From positions 344,638 to 408,637 of the forward strand of contig OZ240223.1 in assembly GCA_965197705.1 (NCBI GenBank): DNA of 64,000 bases, given 5' to 3'. Origin of the DNA: Dehalococcoidia bacterium. Lineage in GTDB: Bacteria > Chloroflexota > Dehalococcoidia > Lucifugimonadales > VXLM01. A model generated the notes under the pieces. It worked only from the letters and a program-made list of their open reading frames with translations, was not told where the DNA came from and made no database searches. Positions 55,069 to 64,000 of this stretch are shown piece by piece. Positions within the stretch are counted from its first letter, which is position 1, and each line of letters opens with the position of its first letter. Made by a program: the position numbers and the translations under genes.

Positions 55069-55971
55069 TCACTCGAAGATGGAATTGATCACCTCGTCCA
55101 TACTCGCCTGGAGGGAGTGATCGTCCGTAACGGCCCAGTTGACCGCGACCTGGCACGCCCGTCGCGGCTCGATGCCGCCCGAGATCATCTTCCCGGCGTA
55201 GATCAGCAGGCGGGTGCTTGCACCCTCGGCAAGACCGTGCTCCTTGAGATTTCGCACCTTCTCGCCGAGCTTCGCCAGACCCATGGCCGTCTCAATGTCG
55301 ACGCCCGACTCGTGGGCCACGATCTCGGCTTCAGTCTCCTTCGGGGGATAGTCGAACTCTATCGCTACGAATCGCTGCCGCGTGCTGTGCTTGAGGTCCT
55401 TCAGCGCGCTCTGGTAGCCGGGGTTGTAGGACATCACCAGCAGGAAGCCGTCGGCCGCCTCCAGGAGCTCGCCCTTCTTCTCAACCGGCAGGATGCGGCG
55501 GTGGTCGGTCAGAGGGTGGATTAGCACCGTCGTGTCCTTGCGCGCCTCGACGATTTCGTCGAGGTAGCAGATGCCGCCCGCCTTCACGGCGCGGGTCAGC
55601 GGCCCGTCGATCCAGATCGTCTCTTCCCCCTGCAGGAGGTAGCGGCCCACGAGGTCGCTGGCGGTCAGGTCCTCGTGACACGCGATGGTCACCAGGGGCA
55701 GGGTGCCGTTGGAAGCCCCATCCCCGTCCGACGAAGCGCCGTCGTTCTGGGAGATTCTGGTCATCGGCTGCCTAAGCCGGTACGACATGTACTCGACGAA
55801 CCGTGTCTTCCCGCAACCCGTCGGGCCTTTGAACAGCACGGGAATCTTCGACTTGTACGCGGCCTCGAACAGCTCGACCTCGTCCCCGATGGGCACGTAG
55901 TACGGCTCTTCGATGAGGTGGTACTCCTCGATGATGTAGCTGCGGTAGAGGGTCTGAGTCTTGGTGGTCAT
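55069..55971 (-). CDS. CbbQ/NirQ/NorQ-family MoxR-type AAA+ ATPase
   Basis: 300 aa. Walker A GPTGCGKT, Walker B ICYLDEI, family-typical HPLTDHRR and NPGYQ segments. Unusual Ser/Gly/Asp insert after Walker A. Confidence 0.85.
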   Translation of the reverse strand: MTTKTQTLYRSYIIEEYHLIEEPYYVPIGDEVELFEAAYKSKIPVLFKGPTGCGKTRFVEYMSYRLRQPMTRISQNDGASSDGDGASNGTLPLVTIACHEDLTASDLVGRYLLQGEETIWIDGPLTRAVKAGGICYLDEIVEARKDTTVLIHPLTDHRRILPVEKKGELLEAADGFLLVMSYNPGYQSALKDLKHSTRQRFVAIEFDYPPKETEAEIVAHESGVDIETAMGLAKLGEKVRNLKEHGLAEGASTRLLIYAGKMISGGIEPRRACQVAVNWAVTDDHSLQASMDEVINSIFE

Positions 55972-55987
55972 CTCGTGGTTGTACTTC

Positions 55988-56602
55988 CTAACTTTGCGGC
56001 GCTCGCTCGCGCCAAAGGTTCGTTACCTGGCCTCGCAGCCTATCAAGACTGCCGCTGTTGTCAACAACCGCGTCCGCGTGCTCGATTCGCTCTTGATCCG
56101 TGGCCTGTGAACCGATTCGCGCCCTGATCGCCGTCTCGTCCAGCCGGCTCCTCGCCCGCACTCTCGCGACTACCTGGTCTTCGGGCGCGGTGACTACCCA
56201 TATTTCGTTCAGCATCCGGGTCCATTTGACCTGCCGCTTGATTGCCTCGATAAGAAGGGGGACCTCGATGACGGCGACCCGTGTTCCCTCACGCTCGAGT
56301 TCCGCGATGCGCTCCTCCAAAAGCTGCCGGACGATAGGGTGGACGATTGCATTCAGTCTCTCACGGGCCTGCTCATCGCCGAATACAATGCCGCCGAGCG
56401 TTTTCCGGTCGATTCTTCCGTCCGCGTCGAGGATCCTTTCCCCGAACGCTTCCACGACCTCCCGCCATCCAGGGGCGCCGGGTTCATAAGCCTCATGGGC
56501 CACCTTGTCGGCCTCGATGACATCGGCTCCCAACTCGCCGAGGAGCCGGGAGACCTCCGACTTGCCGGTCCCGATCCCGCCTGTAAGCCCGATGACAAAC
56601 AT
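55988..56602 (-). CDS. coaE: dephospho-CoA kinase
   Basis: ATG 56602 ([15 protein letters not shown]) preferred over track start 56641. Confidence 0.9.
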   Translation of the reverse strand: MFVIGLTGGIGTGKSEVSRLLGELGADVIEADKVAHEAYEPGAPGWREVVEAFGERILDADGRIDRKTLGGIVFGDEQARERLNAIVHPIVRQLLEERIAELEREGTRVAVIEVPLLIEAIKRQVKWTRMLNEIWVVTAPEDQVVARVRARSRLDETAIRARIGSQATDQERIEHADAVVDNSGSLDRLRGQVTNLWRERAPQS

Positions 56603-56677
56603 AGCCCCCCGCCACCGACGCCAACCAACACATGATAGCAACGCCCTTCAATGAGGGTCAAGCAAAGGTACGGGCGA

Positions 56678-56830
56678 GTAACTGTTCAGTCTTCGTGAGT
56701 TGAATTGCGCAGACCCCCCTCTCTGTATCTCTCCCCCGCCGGGGGAGAGATTGTAGATTCTTCGTCGCCGCGCTCCTCAGAATGACAGCAGGAGGACAAT
56801 GCATACCTCACTAACTCTAAACAGTCATAC
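56678..56830 (+). mobile_element. MITE family 1, full-length copy (right TIR decayed)
   Basis: About 153 bp. GTAACTGTTCAGTCTTCGTGAG.. ..CTAACTCTAAACAGTCATAC. Lies between the divergent coaE (76 nt away) and ccmH (159 nt away). Confidence 0.75.
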
Positions 56831-56988
56831 GGGCGACGGACCTCGTTCCATCACTCCCTAGTCTTTCTGCAAGTCCCGAGACACCCACTGCTCATTCTAC
56901 CGAAGGCGGGAATCCCAAACATATCTCCGCGTTCCCCGTACCCTCTTCGATGAATCAGCACCCCCTTTGTGGTACGCTGATTTGGTAG

Positions 56989-57567
56989 ATGAAGACACCC
57001 GCTGCCAAGACGATCTTCCCCCGTACGGCGTTCGCGCTCTTCCTTGCCGCGATCATGGCGTTCCCCCTCGCCTGTGCGTCCGATGAGGACCTTCCAACCA
57101 TGGAGGCCCGCGCGCAGGAGATCAACAAGACCGTCATGTGTCCCGTCTGCCCAGGCGAGTCCATCGACCAGTCCCAGCACCCCCGCGCCAAGGCCATGCG
57201 TGGAGTCGTTGGCGAAAAGCTGGCAGAGGGAAGCACGAACGATGAGATCCGACGATTCTTCGTCGAGCGATACGGCCAAAGCGTCCTGCTGGAACCGCCG
57301 AGGGAGGGCCTCAACTGGCTCGTGTGGGTCGTTCCCCCGCTAGGAGTCCTCGCGGCGGCGCTCGCCCTGTACTTCGTCCTTCGTCTGGCCGTCCGTTCGT
57401 CAACGCGGACCGACGGAACATCGGACGACATGGCCGACTTGACGGAAGCCGAGCGCGACGACTACTTCCGGCGCATCGAGGCCGCTCTGGCGTCCGATTC
57501 GGAGGGCGAGAGTCCATCCCGACCTGCTGCGGATACGCGAGACCCGGGAGAAGCCGTTGCTGGTTGA
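56989..57567 (+). CDS. ccmH: cytochrome c-type biogenesis protein CcmH
   Basis: 192 aa. Signal peptide, CPVCPGESIDQS redox motif, one TM helix. Confidence 0.8.
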   Translation: MKTPAAKTIFPRTAFALFLAAIMAFPLACASDEDLPTMEARAQEINKTVMCPVCPGESIDQSQHPRAKAMRGVVGEKLAEGSTNDEIRRFFVERYGQSVLLEPPREGLNWLVWVVPPLGVLAAALALYFVLRLAVRSSTRTDGTSDDMADLTEAERDDYFRRIEAALASDSEGESPSRPAADTRDPGEAVAG

Positions 57568-59545
57568 CGCCGGATTCGTCGCGCTCCCTATAGCCTTCGT
57601 CGTCGGGGGATACGTAACGGTCGCCTCCTTCCTCGGCGCGCGACTGCGAGCCCCCGTTCTCGTGTTGAGCGCGCGCTACGGCATGATGACGGTGCCGATC
57701 CTCCTCGCAATCTCGACACTGGCGCTGGTATACGCATTCGTCACACACGACTTCTCCGTGCGCTACGTCGCCGAAAACAGCAGCCTCGCCCTCCCTCAGG
57801 TCTACACCTGGGTCGCCCTCTACGCCGGCAACGCCGGTTCGCTCTTGTTCATCGCCACGGTCTATTCCTTCCTTACCGCGGCCGCCGTTTGGGCGTTGTC
57901 GCGCAGGCTCCCCTATACGGCGCCATACGCTACGAGCGTCATGGCCCTGGTAATGGCATTCTTCCTGGGAGTCATCGTCTTCCTCGCCAACCCGCTCGAA
58001 CGCCTGGCCCTCGCCCCGCCGGACGGGCAGGGCATCAACCCGCTGCTGATCCACTTCGGTATGTTCATCCATCCTCCCATGCAGATGATGGGACTCATCT
58101 CCGTCGCCATCCCGTTCGCCATAGCGATAGGCGCGCTCCTGGCCGGTCGCGGCGGCCGCGACGAGTGGGTCGATCTCGGAAGAACATGGGGAATGGTGTC
58201 GTGGCTCATTCTCACCGTCGGACTGCTCCTAGGTTCGTGGTGGGCGTACACGATCCTCGGCTGGGGTGGATACTGGGCATGGGACCCCGTCGAGAACTCC
58301 GCCCTCATGCCCTGGCTCGCGATGACGGCGTTCGTTCATTCGATCATGGTGCAGAAGCGACGCGGCATGTTCCGCATGTGGAACATCGTCCTCGTTTCCG
58401 TGGCCTTCGTCCTCGCCGAGATGGGCATGTTCATCAATCGCGGCGGCCCCGTCCCGTCCGTACACTCATTCGCTCAATCGACCATGGGCTGGGTCTTCCT
58501 CGGATTCATGGCGTTCACCCTGATCGCGGCGCTGGCTGCATTTGTGTGGCGCATCGACACTCTCAAGAGCAGGGAACGCCTCGACTCGATGCTCTCCCGC
58601 GAAAGCGCCTTCCTGACGCAGAACGTCCTCTTCCTCGCCGTCGCATTCATCACCCTCTGGGGCACCATCTACCCCGTCTTTTCCGAGGCGGCCTCCGATG
58701 AGGTCATCACGGTCGGCAAGCCGTTCTTCGACCGGGTGAACGGGCCAATCCTCCTCGCGCTCGTCTTCCTCATGGGGGTCGGGCCCCTGCTCCCGTGGCG
58801 AAGGGCCAACATGCGGAACGTTCTCACCATCCTCAGGGTCCCGCTTGCAGGCGCGGCGACCGTGACCGTCGGCCTCATAATCCTCGGTCTGCGGGAGCCC
58901 CTTCCCCTCCTGGCCGTCGCCGTCTGTGTAATCTCATTCGTGGCAATCGGCCACGAGTGGCTGCGAGGTTCGCGGGTCCGACACCGCAGGGGAGAGAGCT
59001 ATCCTATAGCCCTCGCGAGGCTGCTCGGGGCGAACCGCCCCCGGTACGGCGGATACATCGTTCACTTGGGGATCGCCATGCTGGCAATCGGCGCAATCGG
59101 CTCCTCGTTCTACTCCGTTCAGCGGGACTTCAACATGTCCCTCGGCGACACCCGTTCGCTCGGCGGCTACGAATTCACATATGTCGATTTCGGTTCGCAG
59201 CCGCTCTCCGATCGAATCGAGATGGCGGCCCGCTTTGACGTTTCCCGACAGGGCCGAGATACTGGCGACATGTACGCGCGCAGGACGTTCTACCTCAGCC
59301 ACGATGTCGCCGCCACTCGCGCGGCAATCCGCAGCACGCCCATCGAGGACTTCTATATAGTGCCGTCCGAGTTTGGCGAGAACGGTACAGCCGTGTTTCG
59401 AGTGTATGTGAATCCCCTCGTGTGGTGGATGTGGGTGGCCGGACCGCTGTTCGTGCTCGGCGCAGTCCTGGCTCTGTCTCCTCGTCGTCGACCGGTCCCC
59501 GCGACGCTTCCCCTCCCAAAGGGCGTTCGACTCGCGGGCGTGTAG
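57557..59545 (+). CDS. ccmF: cytochrome c heme lyase subunit CcmF
   Basis: 662 aa polytopic protein. WWD-type motif WGGYWAWDPVENSA and conserved His residues. TTG start overlapping the ccmH end. Confidence 0.92.
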   Translation: MLVDAGFVALPIAFVVGGYVTVASFLGARLRAPVLVLSARYGMMTVPILLAISTLALVYAFVTHDFSVRYVAENSSLALPQVYTWVALYAGNAGSLLFIATVYSFLTAAAVWALSRRLPYTAPYATSVMALVMAFFLGVIVFLANPLERLALAPPDGQGINPLLIHFGMFIHPPMQMMGLISVAIPFAIAIGALLAGRGGRDEWVDLGRTWGMVSWLILTVGLLLGSWWAYTILGWGGYWAWDPVENSALMPWLAMTAFVHSIMVQKRRGMFRMWNIVLVSVAFVLAEMGMFINRGGPVPSVHSFAQSTMGWVFLGFMAFTLIAALAAFVWRIDTLKSRERLDSMLSRESAFLTQNVLFLAVAFITLWGTIYPVFSEAASDEVITVGKPFFDRVNGPILLALVFLMGVGPLLPWRRANMRNVLTILRVPLAGAATVTVGLIILGLREPLPLLAVAVCVISFVAIGHEWLRGSRVRHRRGESYPIALARLLGANRPRYGGYIVHLGIAMLAIGAIGSSFYSVQRDFNMSLGDTRSLGGYEFTYVDFGSQPLSDRIEMAARFDVSRQGRDTGDMYARRTFYLSHDVAATRAAIRSTPIEDFYIVPSEFGENGTAVFRVYVNPLVWWMWVAGPLFVLGAVLALSPRRRPVPATLPLPKGVRLAGV

Positions 59546-59557
59546 AGGCGACCGGTC

Positions 59558-59938
59558 ATGCTCGTTCTCATCGCAGTCCTTCTGGCCCTCATACCGGCGG
59601 CGGCCATTCTGTACCCTTTCATATTCAAGGGGGGTATATCCACCGTCTTCCGGGATGAGACCTCCACATACTCGGAGCTGACTCGCCGGTGGGAGGCCGC
59701 CATCGCCGGACTCAAGAGCACCGAGTTGGAACACGCCATCGGCAACCTGACGCAAGAGGACTACCACGACCTGCGAGAGCAGTACATGCTTGAAGCCGCC
59801 AACATCATGAAGGCCATGGAGTTGGAGGACCAGCAGGAAGAGGAGCTTCTCGCCAGCGTGGCTCGTGAGGTCAGAGCGGTACGCGAGCGGTTTGTCGGTC
59901 CCTCACCGGACATCGATGAACGGACAAACGATGAATAG
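59558..59938 (+). CDS. membrane-anchored hypothetical protein
   Basis: 126 aa. One N-terminal TM helix, then a coiled-coil/acidic region. Follows ccmF by 12 nt. Confidence 0.55.
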   Translation: MLVLIAVLLALIPAAAILYPFIFKGGISTVFRDETSTYSELTRRWEAAIAGLKSTELEHAIGNLTQEDYHDLREQYMLEAANIMKAMELEDQQEEELLASVAREVRAVRERFVGPSPDIDERTNDE

Positions 59939-61130
59939 GGGCGGCTGGATAGGATTCGTACTCTTGCTCGCGGCGACCCTCTTCTTCACGGGAACACATC
60001 CCGTCGCCGCGCAAGAGACCGCTGAACTCCGTGAAGTCTCGGGAAACATCATCAACGGCACCGCCAACTCGCTCCCACCGTTCGGTCTCACGGTCACCCT
60101 TCACCGTCAAACGGCAAGCACCTACGAGGAATCGACTACCACTACTGATACCGAGGGAATTTTCCGCTTCGAGAACATCCCCCTCAATCCCGAGGCCCTC
60201 TACGGCGTGACGATACGCTACCAAGGAGTCGTATACGGCACAGACATAGACCTCCGCCCGGAGTCAATGCCTCCCGTTACGGTGACCATCTACGAGACGT
60301 CCGACGACCAGTCGCTCCTCTCCGTGTCGAGCTCCTCACTGCTTATCCCGCAGGTCGACAAGATCGCCCGCGACGTGTACGCGCTGGAGATCGTCAACGT
60401 GGTGAACACCGGCGACCGGACCTACGTGCCCGGCGCCGAACCGATGAATCTCCTGCGGTTCGGCCTTCCGCCCGGCGCGAAGGGTCTCCAGATCGACACC
60501 TCCCTCGTCGGAGCCGACGCGATCCAGGTCGATCGAGGATTCGCCGTCCCGGCCAATATCCCCCCCGGCGAGCACGAGGTCATGTTCGCCTACAACTTCG
60601 GGTACGAAGGAGAGTCCGTCGAGTTAGACAAGTCCTATCTGTACGGCGCGGAAATGGCCCGCATCCTCGTGCCGTACGAGATCGGCGACCTGTCGAGCGC
60701 CGATTTCGGAGCGCCCGGCGACGTGCAGATCGGCGACAAGCACTACCAGCTCATCGAGGTTTCTGACATCGCACGGCAGTCCCGCGCCAAACTGGAGATA
60801 TCGTCCCTCCCTCAGGCGACCCTCTGGGATAAGACGAAGGCCACGGCGTCCGAATTTCCATACGAGCTGGCTGTCCCGGCGCTTCTCGGTCTGCTCATGG
60901 CGTCCCTCATCGCGATTGCGTTGGCCCGTCGCGGCGGGCTGTTCGCCGGTGGCGTGGCAACCGCCAGGTCTGAAGTACAAAGCGATGCCCGTGCAGTCAT
61001 CATAGCCGAGATTGCCGACCTCGAACGGGCCATGGAGCAAGGCAAACTCCGGGAGGCCGACTACTTCGCCAAGCGCCAGGCCTTGCTCGACCGCCTTGCC
61101 GCCCCCACGATTTCTCCATCGACGGAGTAG
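59931..61130 (+). CDS. secreted protein with carboxypeptidase-regulatory-like domain and C-terminal TM anchor
   Basis: ATG 59931 (MNRGGWIGFVLLLAATLFF.. signal) preferred over 59865. GIFRFENIPLNPEALYGVTIRYQG resembles CarboxypepD_reg. TM helix near residue 330. Confidence 0.65.
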   Translation: MNRGGWIGFVLLLAATLFFTGTHPVAAQETAELREVSGNIINGTANSLPPFGLTVTLHRQTASTYEESTTTTDTEGIFRFENIPLNPEALYGVTIRYQGVVYGTDIDLRPESMPPVTVTIYETSDDQSLLSVSSSSLLIPQVDKIARDVYALEIVNVVNTGDRTYVPGAEPMNLLRFGLPPGAKGLQIDTSLVGADAIQVDRGFAVPANIPPGEHEVMFAYNFGYEGESVELDKSYLYGAEMARILVPYEIGDLSSADFGAPGDVQIGDKHYQLIEVSDIARQSRAKLEISSLPQATLWDKTKATASEFPYELAVPALLGLLMASLIAIALARRGGLFAGGVATARSEVQSDARAVIIAEIADLERAMEQGKLREADYFAKRQALLDRLAAPTISPSTE

Positions 61131-61153
61131 CGCGCAAAACAGGAACCGCGCCC

Positions 61154-61180
61154 GACATTCCGGCGGAGGCCGGTATCCAG
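61154..61180. repeat. REP hairpin, family A
   Basis: GACATTCCGGCGGAGGCCGGTATCCAG. Confidence 0.65.
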
Positions 61181-61257
61181 GAAGTCCGATCAGCTAGAAC
61201 ACGGTGGCGTCAGCAAGAACTTGCATAGCGACGCCCTGCCGTGAAAGGTCCCCCGCC

Positions 61258-61836
61258 TCACACCTCGTCCGATTCCTGTCGCTCCTCGATACCGTACTCG
61301 GTTGAAAGCATACCCATCACCACCGAATCGAACCGCGCGCCTTCATGTGGCCGGCTCTTGCGCAGCGTCCCCTCGTGCGTGAACCCCAGCCGCTCGAACA
61401 TCCCTCTGGCCGCCGTGTTGTATTCGGGCACGTCCACCCACACCCGGTACAACCCCCACACCCTAAAGCACAGATCGAGTCCGGCCCTCATCGTCGCCGT
61501 ACCGTACCCCTTGTGCCACAGGTTCTTTTGTCCGATCAGAATCGAGATCTGTCCGTCCCCCCAGGCTTCCTCGATCGCCACGTGGAACTCGCCGATATGC
61601 TCCCCGTCTTCGGTGTAGATCGACAGGATGTGATGCGTGGGGTCATCGAAGATCGCGACCCACTCTGCCTCCTCAACGTCGGCGATCTCAGTCGGGTTGT
61701 AGCCCAGATGAGCCGGATTGCCATAGGAGTAACGCCCGAACCAGCTCTCCGCCACCTCATCGTCTTCGAGCCAGCTCTTCAAACGAGCGACATCCTCCCT
61801 CGTCACGATTCGCAGGGCAATAGACTGTTGACGCAT
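61258..61836 (-). CDS. GNAT-family N-acetyltransferase
   Basis: ATG 61836 preferred (track starts at 61878). GNAT motif A region (IGQKNLWHKGYGTATMRAGLD). Confidence 0.75.
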   Translation of the reverse strand: MRQQSIALRIVTREDVARLKSWLEDDEVAESWFGRYSYGNPAHLGYNPTEIADVEEAEWVAIFDDPTHHILSIYTEDGEHIGEFHVAIEEAWGDGQISILIGQKNLWHKGYGTATMRAGLDLCFRVWGLYRVWVDVPEYNTAARGMFERLGFTHEGTLRKSRPHEGARFDSVVMGMLSTEYGIEERQESDEV

Positions 61837-61964
61837 GATCTCACCCCCAGAGCAGGTATTATGCCACGCCGAAAGCATACCGTGTTGTCTGCTGCCTTGT
61901 GCTTATCCTAAATTCGCATAGCTACGTTGGCATCCATCAATCGGCATCTATTGCAACCATCCCA

Positions 61965-61993
61965 CCGTCATTCCGGCGGAGGCCGGAATCCAG
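61965..61993. repeat. REP hairpin, family A
   Basis: CCGTCATTCCGGCGGAGGCCGGAATCCAG. Confidence 0.7.
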
Positions 61994-62082
61994 AGAGAGC
62001 TTAGTAGCAAGCCTGCGAGCAAATGCTGCAAACCGGCATTAGTCTGGGGAGAGCACGGCCCCTCCCATACCCACTCAGCCCT

Positions 62083-63321
62083 CTAGCGTTCCCTCCCCCA
62101 CACGCGAACCGTACCGTACACGCCGTCGTACCCCGGTTCTATACGAATATCACCCCTCCGCACCCGGTCGATTCCCTCCGCAGTCCTCTCGTCGGAAGCG
62201 GACTCGATCTCCGCAATAGGCGCGTCCATGAGTACCGACAACTCGGTACCGAAGCGCTCGATGAGCCGCTCGTATACGCTCGCGACCGTTTTTGTCCTCA
62301 CCCCGACGCCGAGACTCTCGGAAAGGATTTCCCGCAGTGGCGCCAGCGACTTGAAGGGCGGACGACCCGTTTCCCCGTACACCAGCCCGTCATCGCCGAT
62401 CCACGTATCCACCTGCCTCCCACCCAGCTGCTCGACACGGTACGACACTCCAACCGTGATCCTGCGTCCGCACGATGGGCAGACCTCGCCCTGCTCCCGC
62501 ACTTCCTCCGGGCTCATCTTGATATGACAGGCACGGTGCCCCGAGTGGTGGTACTTCCCCTCCTCCGGGAAGAACTCGACAGTGTATGCAATGTCTTGTC
62601 GCCGCATCGCCCGGACGAGTCCGTCGTACGTTAGCTCCCCATTCACCACGGTCAACTCACGTCCCAAGTTCGGGGCGGAGTGAGCGTCCGAAAACGACAT
62701 GATCGCCACATCATCGAGCGATGGCGCCCTCCAGTTCATGGCGGGATCGCTCGACAGTCCCGTCTCGATGGCCGGAATCTCGTTGGCGTCGCTGCCAAAG
62801 CACTCCTCCAGTGAATCGTACCCCGACTTCGAGCCGTATAGCCCGAACCACGGCGTCCACAGGTGGGCCGGGATCAGGAAGCACTTCTCGCTAATGCCTT
62901 TGATGAGCGCTAGCAACTCTCGCGGGAGCAAACCGAGCGCCGGTCTGCCGTCCCCGCCGAGCTTGCCATATCGGATGAGCGCGGCGTTGATGCGCTCCAC
63001 TGCCGCGAAATCCGGAGCAAAGAGGAGCAGGTGTACGCGACGGCCACGCCCGCCCTGCCTTCCGTGGCACTCCACCTCGGAACCTAGAATGAACGACACT
63101 CCGCCATACTCGAACAGCCCCGTCCCGGCGTCGTTCAGCTTGAGCCGAGACTCCTCGAACCAGTCGGGGTGCGTGAAGTCTGCGCTCGCAAGAAGGTCGA
63201 TACCCTTGATCTTCGCGTGCCGGGCGAGGCTGTCGAAATCGAGGTCCCGACTGGTGGCGTATGCGTACCGCGAGTGGACGTGAAGGTCGGCGGCGTAGCT
63301 CATGGGAGGATTGTACCGCAC
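62083..63321 (-). CDS. PHP-domain protein, endonuclease Q-like
   Basis: 412 aa. ADLHVHSRYAYATS PHP motif at the N-terminus, C-terminal CPSCGRR zinc finger. Size and layout match EndoQ as I remember it. Confidence 0.6.
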   Translation of the reverse strand: MRYNPPMSYAADLHVHSRYAYATSRDLDFDSLARHAKIKGIDLLASADFTHPDWFEESRLKLNDAGTGLFEYGGVSFILGSEVECHGRQGGRGRRVHLLLFAPDFAAVERINAALIRYGKLGGDGRPALGLLPRELLALIKGISEKCFLIPAHLWTPWFGLYGSKSGYDSLEECFGSDANEIPAIETGLSSDPAMNWRAPSLDDVAIMSFSDAHSAPNLGRELTVVNGELTYDGLVRAMRRQDIAYTVEFFPEEGKYHHSGHRACHIKMSPEEVREQGEVCPSCGRRITVGVSYRVEQLGGRQVDTWIGDDGLVYGETGRPPFKSLAPLREILSESLGVGVRTKTVASVYERLIERFGTELSVLMDAPIAEIESASDERTAEGIDRVRRGDIRIEPGYDGVYGTVRVWGRER

Positions 63322-63381
63322 GCGACATCAAAGCCAGACAGTGCGAAGGGTGGGCACAGTGAAGTGGACGTGGCTGAAGAC

Positions 63382-64000
63382 TTACCGCTCGGCGATGGAT
63401 ATCGTGCGAATCCGGTCGCCAGGTTCGCGCGCCGAACCGGGGTCTCGCGTTGTAATGGCGAATACGTGCTCCATGCCCCCGACGACTCGCCCAAAGACGG
63501 GATGGCATGACTCGCTTGAGCAGTCCTTCGCAGAGCCGTCCGAGTTCAGGCCATCGAGAAAAGGCGTCGGGACGAAAGTAATGAAGAACTGGCTGCCGTT
63601 CGTGCCTCGTCCACCCTGGACCCCCGCATTGGCCATCGAGAGCACCCCGGGGCCATCGTGCCTCAGGTCTGTGTGAAACTCATTGTCGATGCGATATCCG
63701 GGACCGCCGCGTCCCGTCCCCGTCGGGTCCCCCGTCTGCGCCATGAACCCCTCGATCACCCGGTGGAACGTGACGCCGTCGTAGTAGCCCTGCCGGGCGA
63801 GAAAGACGAAGTTGTTCACGATCAACGGCGCCTTGGCGGAGAACAACTCCACTTCGACCTTGCCGTCGTCCTTTTCCAATTCAATGATCGCGGTGTATTG
63901 CTTCTCGGAATCGAGTTCCATCGTCGGCGGAGAGTCCCATTGCATATCTGGTGTTTCCTCACAGGCTGCCGAAGCCGCGACCAGGCAAAGCGCCGCCGCC
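63382..64000 (-). CDS. cyclophilin-type peptidyl-prolyl cis-trans isomerase, lipoprotein; 5' end outside window
   Basis: [32 protein letters not shown]. The frame stays open to the window edge, where it reads ..[12 protein letters not shown] (lipobox), so the true start lies beyond 64000. Confidence 0.9.
   Translation of the reverse strand, partial: AAALCLVAASAACEETPDMQWDSPPTMELDSEKQYTAIIELEKDDGKVEVELFSAKAPLIVNNFVFLARQGYYDGVTFHRVIEGFMAQTGDPTGTGRGGPGYRIDNEFHTDLRHDGPGVLSMANAGVQGGRGTNGSQFFITFVPTPFLDGLNSDGSAKDCSSESCHPVFGRVVGGMEHVFAITTRDPGSAREPGDRIRTISIAER

Noticed and set aside
57311-59767. 253-aa and 277-aa minus-strand ORFs and a 270-aa plus-strand alternative frame inside ccmF.
   Set aside because: They are shadow ORFs of ccmF, whose WWD motif and polytopic pattern unambiguously define the coding frame.

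Overview
GC-rich bacterial chromosomal window (roughly 60% GC by eye, not computed) with about 66 protein-coding genes. I found no rRNA, tRNA or CRISPR array, and no recognisable transposase, integrase or reverse transcriptase. All domain calls rest on motif recognition by eye; no HMM or BLAST search was possible.

The backbone is housekeeping:
- hspR-grpE-dnaK and msrA
- a fragmented NADH dehydrogenase cluster (nuoA-B-C, inserts, nuoD, nuoH; no nuoEFG, no nuoI-N)
- dinB, trmI, Ni-superoxide dismutase sodN, aroC, glcDEF, coaE, ccmH-ccmF, an EndoQ-like PHP nuclease and a cyclophilin
- many oxidoreductase/hydrolase genes (PhyH, DHDPS-like, BNR/sialidase-like, SDR, MDR-ADH, three Nudix)

The gene content and REP-dense intergenic DNA resemble marine Chloroflexota (SAR202-like). 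That is a guess only.

What stands out:
1. Six tandem paralogues of a zinc-ribbon + DUF4870-like membrane protein lie divergent from nuoA (11587-15179).
2. A roughly 0.93 kb hierarchical tandem repeat (18-bp units nested in five 136-154 bp units) sits directly upstream of a PhyH-family dioxygenase. One reading register encodes a 35-aa leader plus 10 x SHIL(K/R)P hexapeptides. This is either a possible multi-core peptide precursor or a decaying repeat gene.
3. Three cases show a small cassette inserted at a gene terminus and flanked by a diverged duplicate of that terminus: the nuoC 3' end around a lipoprotein gene, the M24 peptidase 5' end around hicAB, and the glcD 5' end plus leader around a 3.6 kb segment.
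4. An AT-richer islet carries hicA-hicB and an orphan 456-aa PIN-like protein.
5. A CbbQ/NorQ-type AAA+ gene, a CoA-pyrophosphatase-like Nudix gene and a 1086-aa VWA (CbbO/NorD-like) gene form a cluster next to coaE.
6. Two MITE-like families with terminal inverted repeats and perfect central hairpins, plus several REP families, are present without any transposase in the window.

None of these can be called a new system from sequence alone. Items 2, 1, 4 and the recurrent pattern in 3 are the best candidates.
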